A model generated the notes under the pieces. It ran no database searches and had not been told where the DNA came from. It was given only the letters and a program-made list of their open reading frames with translations. Below are positions 28,397-40,884 of a stretch of DNA of 64,000 bases, one piece after another. The number at the start of each line of letters is the position of its first letter. The stretch's first letter is position 1. The position numbers and the translations under genes are program-made. Origin of the DNA: Chrysomallon squamiferum (Eukaryota > Animalia > Mollusca); the NCBI GenBank assembly GCA_012295275.1, contig CM022670.1, forward strand, positions 9,424,001-9,488,000. The letters are read 5' to 3'.

Positions 28397-28938
28397 CGAA
28401 TGTGAACTGGAACGGCGAAGACCTATTTTCGAGGGGCTGCGGTCGGACGTCAGCAGACGTTAAGGGAAGCTGTCCAACGGCTAATATCTGGTTTAGACGT
28501 GCGCAGGGACGATATCAAAATAGTTTCAAACCTTCTCTGGGTGACTAACGACTGATGTGACTGTTAAATAATAATTTTATACTGAGTAAGTTATTAATAG
28601 TTTAAAAGGTCAGGAATTCCAAAATACACATTAAATTTTCAGTAATTATGCCTAAATAGTTACAAAGCTTTCACAAAAGATCAACAGTGCAAGGTGCAAT
28701 TACAACGCTGTATCCACTGATTAATAATATTAATAAAAATGAAAGAGTAGTTATTCCTTTGATGGTCGAACACACTAAGAAGCTAAAAGAGACTGCTGAT
28801 TACATGTACCAGAGTGACGATGCACTTCATATCAAAGGGCCCAATGATTTTTGCCAGTTAGCAAAAATGGCGAGAAAAGCGGATGTCGCTTTACCAAAAA
28901 TCATGATATTTGACGATTTTTCTCGACAATTTAAATAG
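28397..28938 (+). other. Candidate small two-exon orphan gene or pseudogene
   Basis: GC-rich segment ~28397-28540 with two open frames ending at ctgg|gtgact, and an 83-codon protein-like ORF at 28687-28938 with compatible acceptors. No clear start codon. Confidence 0.35.
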
Positions 28939-29245
28939 TGTCCATTACTAGACCAAAATATTATAAATTATAAAGAGAGAGAAAAAACAACAACAACAAC
29001 AAAAAAAACCCCTCAAATATGTACCATCAGTTCAATCTGGCGATCACTATAAAACTAGAAGCAGAAGTACTCAGTACTGTCTCGGCCAAACGGCCGATAT
29101 CAAAACTGTCTATAGACTTGTTTACAGTGTTTTAAAAAATGATTTTATATATGTATATATATATTTGGGCAATTATTTTATTTTTCAATATACTTATATT
29201 TATTATTTCAATCTATATGGATAGAAATAATAAATATGAGTATAT

Positions 29246-29292
<47 letters not shown>

Positions 29293-29509
29293 CAGGATCA
29301 ATATTACTAGACATTTATATATTTACGAGTACTTGTTAATTAGAACGATTACTCTCGATCACAGCAAATGACTTACTTTCATAAATCTTTTTTCGGAAGT
29401 TGAATTTGATTTTCCCAACATTTTAATATTTATTTGTTTTTATTTATTATTATTATTATTATTTAAGATTTAAGGTTTCGCAATTTTAATGCAAAACTTA
29501 TTTTGGTTC

Positions 29510-29700
29510 CAAACGTGAATACAAAAGGTGAGAAATCCAGCAGTAATAACAGAGTAAACGGGAATTTCCATTTTTATGGAACCTACTTCCTGTTTGAGAA
29601 AAACACGTGTGTTCAGTACAGTTTAATGGGAATGGTGTTTTCTTAAGCAACAATTAAATATAACCTCAACGAAGTTAATATATTTTGAGGATTTTGTTTT
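29510..29700 (+). promoter_or_regulatory. Probable nardilysin promoter
   Basis: CpG-rich patch with NF-kB-like GGGAATTTCC (~29560), ETS-like ACTTCCTG (~29585) and E-box CACGTG (~29604), upstream of a 5'UTR exon at 30544-30714. Confidence 0.4.
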
Positions 29701-29746
29701 GGTTAGTAATATTTTTAATATGAATGTTTCATTTCTATTTTATTTT

Positions 29747-29785
<39 letters not shown>

Positions 29786-31208
29786 TTTTTAAATCTATGA
29801 TACTGATAGTGATACAGTAATACTGATAGATAGTGATAGACAGTCTGATTCTTATGATTCTAGAAATCGAACAACTGACAGTTTGGTCATGAACATATAT
29901 CAACAGTCGTATCTGTGTCTGCCAAATAGAAAGGTTATACAGAACTTCTGTTTAGACTCGGAATTAATAATCAATTAATCAATTATTATTTTTATTTATT
30001 TATTTTAACTTTATGTAAGGTAACAGTCTCCATAATAATTGATAAACTGAGATGATCAGTATTTATTATTTATTATTTGTTAAATTATGACACATATTGC
30101 CATACATTCTATATACAATGCTTAAAAATTAACAGTTTACCTATTAAATTATGTTTTCTGTTGTTTAAATGACAAAAATATGGGGCTAAAAATTCACTCT
30201 AACATGACATAAAACACATATATACAGGAAATTCACTGTTTTTTAAATTTAAATTGATGATGCATATTTAAAGACATTTCAGTGAAGTGAGGATCAGTAA
30301 TTCTTTTGTGCAGTAAATATCAATTCACTGTTGTTTGAGGCCCTTGTGTTTATTTGTTTATGCCAGTGATAAGAGTTAATGAAAAACACAGTCTTCAATA
30401 TTATTTAAATATAATTTTAGTGCTGTAAAATTATATCAATATATGTAAACATTATTACTGACATAAAAGTTATGTTAAATTGTAATGGCCTACAAATATA
30501 CATTTTTATTTCTGCAGTAACTGTTTTTGTGTTTTACTTTTAGATAACCATATGGCATTGAAATAAACATACATGTTAAAGCTGAAACCACTAATACTGT
30601 ACAGAATCTTCTTCAAGAAATTAACAAGTTTCATCATATTGCCTGTTCATCAACTTTTTGACATCAGAGTGAATACCTGTAAATTGATTAAAAAATCTTT
30701 ATCGTCTTCTACATGTAAGTATTATTTTAAAATAATATTTATTTAGCATTTCCACATATAATAGAAAGTTAAAATAAGCAAAATTATAAAATCAAAAACT
30801 GTTGGATATCTTTTAGGACCTTTTTTTTCCCAAAAAATATATTTATTTCCATAATAACATTTTGTAAATAACATTATTATTCCATGTTGAAATAAGTTTT
30901 TAGTATATTATATTACTGTAAATATATTTGTGGTGATGCAAACATGTAACATAGTTACTGATCTGAAAGTATCAGTGCTACCATTGTCATGTCTCATACT
31001 GACACCAGAATCACAAACCATCAGCCATTAAAAAGCACTGGTCTCAATTTAATGTTAGGTAAAATTTTCATCAGTTGTATTTCTTGGTACATGGTTAACA
31101 TACATTAAGCTTTTAATAAGATGTTCTCACATAAATTAATGGGTCCTTGAAAATATATTTTATATTATTCTAGCCTCTGGAATGTAAACCTCTTCTGTAA
31201 TCTTAGTC

Positions 31209-34200
31209 ATGCCATGTTGTTGTTGTTGGAAAAAAAAAGAAGAACCTGAACCTGAACCAGAACCACCACCCCCACCTCCTCCCCCCCACCTCCTCCTCCT
31301 CCTCCTCCACCACCACCACCACCACCACCACAATCTGAGTCACCACCCCCACCTCCACCTCCACCACCACCTCCAAAAGAAACTGTTAAAGGTAAAATTC
31401 CATCTTTCAGTTTTTTCAGCTTTACTTCTCTGTTATATATTTTATGGGATTTTTTTTTTTAATAATTAAATTAGGCAACAGTTTAATGGCTTACCTCTAA
31501 ATTTGCAGTGAACAATCATGAAACTCCAGATTAAAGCTTTGAATTACACACGTGTCATTTAACACATAAAATATTTTATAGAGATGTAGCCTATTTTAGA
31601 CCCTGATTAGCATTTTTCAAGATAGAAGTCACCATCATTATCTGAAATCATTCTTTTAAAATAGATTTGTAGGTAGCCATAATATTAAATTGTTTGCAGT
31701 TTTCAACACAGTTTTAACATTGTCTTGACTGAGGAATTTAAATTTATGGAAGCAACATATATATCAGGTAATTGTTATTTAAGTTGTAGAGAAAACCTTC
31801 TAACAAGTTATCAAAGAAATTTTCCATTATTCTTTATCACTTTTCTGCTGTGTGAGAAATTTTTACTTTACAAAGCATTACTTACATCTCTAATGTTGAT
31901 AACAGACCAATTTTGATTGGATTGTCATTGACTTTAATTCCTTTAGAGAAAACAATGCAGAAAATTTAGAGCTAGCTTCGTCCAAAAAACTATTGAGAAA
32001 TATAAGTTAATAGATTTATCATTGACTGCCCATGGAAATAGCTGTCGCATAGAGCTTGTTGACATGTTTACCTCTTTGAAACTCTGTTTTCGTTGTTTTT
32101 GAAATGTTGTTATTTTCAGATATTTGATGTAGATATGTTAAGTTGTGTTAAACTGAAGACAGTTATTCATTACTGAAACAAAACAGTATTGCATAGTGGA
32201 TTAATAAACATACACATTTACATCAGCTAATCCTCAAACAATAGGAATGGTATCTGGTTGTAACATCAGAACTGTTCAGAAAGAGGAATGATGTTGGTAG
32301 ATGTGGTGAAGCCATCTTTAAATATGGTGCAAAAAATGTGATAATTAATTTTCATTTTGTAACACAATGCAAACTGACAAAGAACTAGTAACACAGAGAG
32401 AAAAAAAAATCTTTGAGATATTTTATATAAGGATATTTTTGATAATGGTTCTGGTGGCTATCATTAAATATCCTTTTCTGGTAGTGGTAGGTGAGGCATC
32501 TTCTTGTAAAAAAATGTTTACATACAACAATGCACAGATATACATATCATATGTTCACTTGAAGCCATTAGACTGCAGATAATATATCCCTTTTGAGAAG
32601 AATCTTTTTTATATAATTAAAAGTTAGTGAAAGCTTTGTTATTGTTTCATTTTTGTTAGATAATATATTATATTGTAACACAAACAATGGCAGTTATAAA
32701 AAATAAAAATCCCACAAAATTATTTTGGTTCTTATTTATATTCATATTGAATTTTTTTTTTTTTTTTAATTTTTTTTCTTCTTAATTTTAAAAATTTAGG
32801 TTTTTGTTTTCTTATTGCTGCATGAATGTTTTATTTGTTGTATTTAGCAATTATAAATATGGACACTAATTACAATTCAATTTTTCTTTATTTATTGTTT
32901 TTTTTATGTTGTCTTGTTTGGAATTCTTAAAATATAATTTGATTACTCACAAATAATTTATGACATTCATTTAAAACCATTGGATCATGGACAACTCAAA
33001 ATTCTTGCACAAACTAGTTTTTGCAAGGCAGTGTGAAATTGTGTGTTTTTTTGTTGATTTCCTTGTAAAAACAGCCTATGATTTTAATTCAAAAATATTA
33101 ATAACCGATACAAGCATTTACCCCTTTTCCTTTTCAGATTTTTATTTTAAAATAAGTAATGGTTTAGTAAATGTTTTAATTAAAATAATTGTGACTTTTA
33201 TGAGTAACTATTTGTATAATTCTTTTTTCTTACAGTTACAAACTAACTTAATTGTAAACCATTTATTCATTAGTATTTAAACTGTATGTTTTGTTAGTAA
33301 CACATATTAAACCTTGATTAATTTAAAGAAAATTTTTTTTTTTTTTTACAGAGAATGTATATTGGTATCAAATATTATATTTGTTTTTATTTTTTATTCT
33401 ATATCTTGTTGTTTTACTGCTTTATTGCTTTTAATGTTTATGTGATTTATTTTTATTTTTCACCTTGTATGTTTTGTTAAACATTGACATACAACATTTC
33501 TGAACAGCAATATATGTATCTGTGTTAAAGGACAACATTCTTTTCTTGTACAAAGTACGAAATAACCTGTTACCAGATTTTATATAACATCTGATCAATT
33601 ACCACTGCATCTGCCTTTGTTTGCTATATACAGTGTATGTGCCTGATTACCATACTGAATATTCATATTTGAATAGATAACAACAAACATGTGGGCAGCT
33701 TAATTCTTCAGGAAGTACATTCAAATTGACCCCTTTTTTAAAAATTATTCATGCTGTTAATTCACACCTTTGGTTTTTACCTTTATTTCTTCCTGCATTC
33801 TTAACTTCATACTGAGTAAATTATTTGTAAGCTATGTCAATTATATTAATTAGTCAAATATTTTTAAAATTATTTTTGTTTTAGTCAAAAAAAATTTTTA
33901 TTTTTGTATTTCAGACAGCCCATATGCTGATGCCAAAGGCATGGATGTAATAAAATCAGCCAATGACAAAAGGGAGTACAGGTAAATCTATATTTATATT
34001 AATTTTTTTTTATTAGAATAATATCATCAAAGTATTCTGATACTGTCAAAAACACACACACATACGCACATGCACATGTTTTTGGTAATAAAAAACAAAA
34101 GAAAAAAGAAAGAAGTAGTATATTTTAAAAAAGAAACGAATCAGACATTCCGGATATTTTGATTTTCCAAAGTGATTTATATTAGTGATAGTGCCCTATT

Positions 34201-34522
34201 TTATATGGTTGGAAAGATAACATTTTTGAAATCTTTTTTCTTATTCTGAAAGGAAATAGATCACTTAATGGTGGCCTCAAGAGAAGACAATATCTAGTCT
34301 TGAGATACTTAAGAGTCTTATTTATTTTATTTTTTTTTACTTTTCAGATAACCATTATGTATAAATTGTTTTAATTTATTTTTTAACTCTTTGAATGAAT
34401 CAGATTTAACAAATTCAAGATAAATTGTCATTTCTTTTATAACTGCTTGCTCTTTTAAAATCATGTCCAGCCAACCTATGCATATGTAATTATATATCAA
34501 ATAACCAAGCTGTTATAAAAAA

Positions 34523-34553
<31 letters not shown>

Positions 34554-37500
34554 TATATTATTAATTTTTTTTCCTCCACTTCCAAAATCAGAACTAAATT
34601 TAATTTCTTTATAGAGTTGTAAACCTTGACAATGGTTTGACGGCACTTTTGATATCAGATCCTGCATCTAAAGAAGATGAAAAAGAGAAAGTTTCAGAGT
34701 CAGAGAGTGAATCTGATGGTGATGAAGGTGAGGAAGAAGAACCAGAAGCTCCAGAGTGTAAGAAAAAAAAGAAATCACCCACTGCAACCAAAAAGGTAAA
34801 TTTTCTATCATTTCTGAGTTAAATTTAATTCATATAATATATTGTAATTAATGATCTATATATACATACACATATATATATTTAAATTTAAATATATTTT
34901 TTAGCTGATTTTTTAGTTTTGTTTATTGCTGTGTAAAATGTTGTTAAATTTAAAATATATACATTTATAAATACCAAATAAGAGTAAATATGATGGCTGT
35001 TTTTTTAATTTTATTTTCAAAAGTCTGCAGCAGCTTTGTGCATTGGTGTAGGAAGTTTCTGTGATCCATCAGATATACTGGGCTTTGCTCATTTCTTAGA
35101 ACACAGTATGTAAGATTTATATGTGGTTTTTTTTTTTTAATAATATCTAACTAAACAGCAGCTTAACTTCTGTAAACAAAATAATGTAGAAGTGTAAGAG
35201 CTCTTACAAAAAATAATTAAATAATCACTAATGTTTTGGTTTTTTTAATTGTTTATTGTAAAATCTGTTATGAGTTACAGTGACATTTATTACTTTGGAA
35301 TTTTTAAATGAATATATTTGTAATAAAAAATATTTTCAAAATACATATTTAGTAAAAAATGATTGTGTGAGGTAAAAACATGCTACATACAAATATCGTT
35401 GATGTATTAAGTGTAATGTATAACAAGTATGATCAGACTTGTTTGAACATCTTTGTATTATTTTAGTGGCACTGAAAGGTTGATGGAGCATATATTTTTA
35501 AATAAATAAATTTTATTACACAAAACACTCTAATGTTACAGTGGTTTTCATGGGAAGTAAAAAATACCCCAAAGAAAATGATATGGATGACTTCCTTGGA
35601 AAGCATGGTGGTGAATCTAATGCTTGGACTGACTGTGAAAAAGTATGTTAATTTTTATACTTCTTTAATATATCTTTTCTACAAACAAAATTATTTAATT
35701 TAAAATTATTAGAAGACAAAAATAGATGTACATACCATACAAACAAACAAAAAAAAAAAATAAATAAATAAATTTAAGTAAAATTAAAACAAATATGACT
35801 ATAATCATTTTGCTAAATTATTCAACAGTAATGCTTAATCAGAGATATGTCAAGTAACTGATCAGTTTATAAATGAAATTATAACTTTAGGAATTAAGAT
35901 GATGATATAATTTTGTTTCTATTAACTGAAATTGAAAATTATCCTATGATAAAAAAAATTGTTTTCATTTCTAGACCAATTTTTACTTTGACGTTCAGAA
36001 GAAATATTTTCACAAAGCACTTGATAAATTTGCCCACTTCTTCGTTTGCCCATTAATGTTGAAGGATAGTGTTGACAGAGAAATCCAGGCAGTTGACAGT
36101 GGTATGGAACTGATTTTAACTGTATTTTGGAATTATATCAGCTAGTTATTGTACTTTCATGTCAGTGTCAGGACCTCATAAATTATTTTATTTTCCAATT
36201 TTTCTTCTGATATGTAGTACACTGTTTAAAGGAAAATGTTTATAAAAGACTGATGGTGCTATAAAAATATACATGTAGATATAGCTATAAGAGATTTGTG
36301 TTAGATTTCATCTCAGATTTCATCATAAATATATAAAACAAATGGGTCTGTATTGAAGGAGTGACATAACAAAGTGTGACATAAATATTAATGGAGTAAC
36401 ATTTTACTGGAGTCACAAAGAATAATTAAAATTATTTCAGAAAACCCTAGAATTATTAAAATTATTAAAATTTTATTTGAAAAACTAGAATCAGTAACTT
36501 GTTAATATATTTTAAACTTGTTTACAATACTTGCTGTCCATCACTGAAATTACCTTCCACTTCACAGTTGTTTACGTTACTTGAACTGAAATGCAAATTG
36601 TGCGCAATTCCACAAGGGTACTCATCTAAAGGGATGGTTCCATATCTCCTGACAACAGTTGCAATTCTCTCTTCCCTCTCGATTTGTTCTTTCTTCTTTG
36701 TTAAATTATTGGATGGCTGGATGATTATATCTTTGAAATTTATATCTGAGATCTCAGTCCTATGACATGTCACTCCTTTGAATAGAACCGAAAACTAACA
36801 TGACTAATAAATGTTAATATTTCTAAAATGTGAAGCAGGATGTAACACAAAGCCAGAGCATCTGCTCAATTTCCTGTGAGTCCTGTGGACTCCCTGCCAA
36901 GTAAGTTGCAAATCCAACCAGTTCTCCACAACAGTTGTAATAAAAGGCTTTAGCATGTAATGTCTTATCAGTGGAATTCTGCATGTTAAAGATCCCTTGC
37001 TGCTAAATGGAAAGAGTAGCCCTTGAAGTGGAAGGTGGTGGTGATCTGTTGTTATGTGGGTGTTCCTAAACTGTCAGACACAATGAAAATGCATTGAATA
37101 CATTATTAAATAAGACATTTCATTTTTTCCTTTATTTATTTCTGTGTTGATTGTTGTTTATCTTTTGCCAGAGTTCCAGATGTCTCTGACCAATGATAGT
37201 GACAGACTCAATCAGTTACTATCAACAACAGCTGTCCCATCACATCCAATGGGAAGGTTTATGTGTGGTAAGTAAATAGCATTTTTTTACACCTTAATGA
37301 AGTTCTGTTTCACCAGTAAAATAATAGTTTAAAAAATTTATATATAAGAAGGCTATAATTAGATATTTTTGGTTAAATAAAAATTAGAATGTTTACAGTG
37401 TGCAAGATGAAAAAATATTTTGCTGAGAATTTTTGTTGTGATATCTAATGCCAGGTACATGCAGTAAGATTATATTAAGCACCATTTTGATATATTCTGA

Positions 37501-40500
37501 AGATATTTTTGGACTGTTATATATCACCATGCATACCACCAATATTAGTTTTAAACCTGTAGAAAAGATAAAAGCATTAAAGATAAGACTGCAGTAAGAA
37601 TATGTTAAGCAGCATTTTTAATATATTCTGTACATATATTCTGTACTGTTATTTATCATCATCCAGGAATGTATTTTCAAATCACTGTTATTCACTTTGT
37701 AAATTTTTAGGAAACCTGAAGACATTAAAGATTGATCCAGAAAGAAATGGAATTGATGTTCATGACAGACTAAGAGGTTTCTATGAAAGGAACTATTCCT
37801 CACATTACATGACACTGGCAGTTCACTCACAAGGTGATTACATTTGAATCTGTCTTAGTATAAAACAGCTAAAACAAGTTACTTTATTTATATACAGAGA
37901 CTGTAGCTAATTCTGCTTATTTCACACTAATTTTGTTGAATTTGAAATCTTGCCATAGATTTTGATTAATGTTTTCTGATATAGTAAGACTTTTAAAATA
38001 ACAACTAAACAGCCAAACATTACTACAAAGAAACAACAGACTTTTATTAACATTTTTGTTCTGTTTTTTTGTTTCTTTTAATTCCAGAAAGTTTGGATGA
38101 TTTACACAAATTGGTGACAGAAACATTTGCTGACATATCAAATAAGTGAGTTTTATTTTAAGCAGTATTATTTTTTTATTCACTAGCTTGGTTAACACAT
38201 TTAAATAATCAGTTTTTTGATACAGCTAATGTTTTCATACAAAATTAATCATTACTCTGTAATCCGATCTAAAACTCTCTTGAATATTACAAATTATTCA
38301 GTTCAAAATATTTTTAGAATTAAAGTTGAAATACATCCAACAGTGTTTCTGCATTAAGCTGTTGGGGAATTATGCATTATTGTTTTTTTTTTATAATACA
38401 AAGAATTTCATTTATTTCTGTAGCAATCTAGCTAAACCATCATTCAAGGATTTAAAGGTAAGCTGCAACCATAATTTCTAAATAGTTATTTTCTGTCTTC
38501 ATTATCAGTTTTGAATATATGTTTTCACAATTCAACTTGTGTGTGTTTGTGTGTGTGTGTGTGCATGGGTGCATGCATGTGTGTGTGTGTGTAATGCTAT
38601 TTTTTATTTAATACAGTTTCACATTATTATCATAAATTTTGTACTTGACATCAAATGACGTATGGTATTTCCACATCCGTTGTTTGCATTTCATTCTGTT
38701 TAAATACCTACTCATTTCAGAATCCTTTTGAAACCCAAGAGTTCCGAAAGTTTTTCAAAGGTATTTTCACTGTTTGTCATACTAATTGTATAAGTATCTA
38801 TTTTAATTTGACTTATGCTGTAAATCGTGACATTAATATTTCCTGAAAATAATGTATTAATATTATAATAATATAAATTTCATTTTTTACAGTATTTTTA
38901 GCATTAGTTAAACTATTCACATTTTGTGATTAATACCTGAGTTTTTCTCTTGGTTTTCTGACCTTAAACTAAACATTCAATACTTGTTACATTTCTTTTT
39001 TATATTTATATTTTGATAGTTTTTAATTATATGTAATGTTCTGTGACGAATAATGTAACAGAATTATTTATAATTTTTAGTGGTAACAAATTTGATACAC
39101 ATTCTAATTCAAATTTCAGTAATTCCTATGGAGGATTCACATTCTGTAGAAATCACTTGGTCTTTGCCAACACAGTTAGAAAACTTTCAAGAAAAACCAT
39201 TGGAGTATTTAACATCTCTGATAATGGATGAAGGAAAAGGCAGCATCTTGTCATACTTAAAGAAAAAGTAAAAATCTTTAATGTATATATTAAAATATAA
39301 GAATTTCTAACATTAACTAATTTTTTTTTGTTAAGTATAGAAAATATATTTTGAGGCACATTTGTATCAGACACTATTAGATTTTTTTTTTTTTTTTTGA
39401 TTTTGTGTTTGTGAAATTTTTCTATCTATGTGTTACTCAGAACTTACAATATTTTTTATATTTGTATGTTTTCTTAGATGAGTTTTCTTTGACTGTTTGT
39501 CTCTGTTTTCAGACTATGGGCACTCGAGATATCTGGTGGTAGTGGTGGTTATGGTTTTGACCACAACTCAACATGGGCGTCATTTTCTGTGAGCATCACA
39601 CTCACAGAGAGTGGGCTGGATCAAATATTTGAGGTAATGTTTAGAAATATTCTATTGATAGATTTATTTTCTTCTAGGTTTTAAACTTTGGAAGTTGGAA
39701 TTGGTAGAACGTCATGAAAATGAGCTTCTTGTAATTTAGGTTAATAGGTTTTAAAATTAAATAAATAAAATAAATAAATAAAAAATTATAAAATATCTTG
39801 TGAAAAAAACATGATGTTCTGATTTGTTATTTTTATCTTTTCTAGATTAGGATATTTCATCTTCTCTTTTTTTTTTATCTGAGCAATATGAACAAAAAAT
39901 AAATATTTTTGTTATAAACATTTTAACTTTTATTATTATAATTTTTTTTTACTTGTAAACATTCAAGTAAAATATTAAATACATGAAATCAGTTAATTTT
40001 TTGTTGTTGCAGGTTCTGACTGTTTTGTTTAAATATATTTTTATGCTGCAAAGGGCAGGCCCTCAACCAAGGATATTTCGTGAACTACAGCAGATAGAAG
40101 ATTCCAGATTTAGATGGAAAGAACAGGTACAAATGAACTTCCAATTTAAATATCAGTTCTTTTTCACCATTTATTATTAAGAATAAACCATTGTTTTTGC
40201 ATCTAATAACTTGATCAAGAAAACATGTGTATATAGTGAAAAATATCAATTAAAACATTTATTATTTGTTAAGTTATGCATTTATAAACAATCAAAACTG
40301 GTCTAATGTCACTTGTCCTGAATGGTCATCTGATCACAAATTCCCCCACAGTATTTCCTCCTTTAAATGATCCGTACAGTACAATCACCTGTCAGTGACC
40401 AGTATTTTAAAAAGTGAACAAAAACTAATATGGAAATTCTCTTATAAAATAAAAATCTTATTTCTTGTGCATAACAGTCACCTGTCTGTAATGGTAATGG

Positions 40501-40848
40501 CCACTTTGCTAATTGTTTTACACAGGTTTGCCTGTATATATACATTTTTTAAATTACTCACGTCAACGTTGCTGTGTTGACTGAAAAATATTTTTGGTAA
40601 TGATATGGATTGTTTAAATGTTTTCAGCAGCGATGGGAGTTATTTAAATGTTTGTATTTTTCCACAGAATTAAAGTTATTTTGCTTTTTGTCATTTTCTT
40701 TATGACACAGGGTGAGCCAATGGATTATGTAGAGTGTATAGCTGAATGTATGCAGTTGTTTCCACCAGCCCAGTATCTGATAGGCAAACGTTTGTTTCTC
40801 AAGTACAATGAAAAGGTAATACCCAGTTATATTGTTGTTATGGTGCTC

Positions 40849-40884
<36 letters not shown>

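Noticed and set aside
28390-28560. Possible snRNA, RNase P RNA or tRNA (minus-strand GAGAAGGTTTGAAAC resembles RNase P CR-I)
   Set aside because: No matching CR-V partner, Sm site, or A/B boxes seen; no similarity to recalled U1, U3, U4, U11, U12 or U4atac.
31287-31469. Poly-Leu/poly-His protein in the ORF track (31209-31469)
   Set aside because: Out-of-frame reading of a polyproline codon tract after the C7 run; it runs through the splice donor into the intron.
32468-32477. ATATCCTTTT, a perfect U12 AT-AC 5' site in a nardilysin intron
   Set aside because: No upstream exon or matching branch point/AC acceptor identified; expected by chance in AT-rich DNA.
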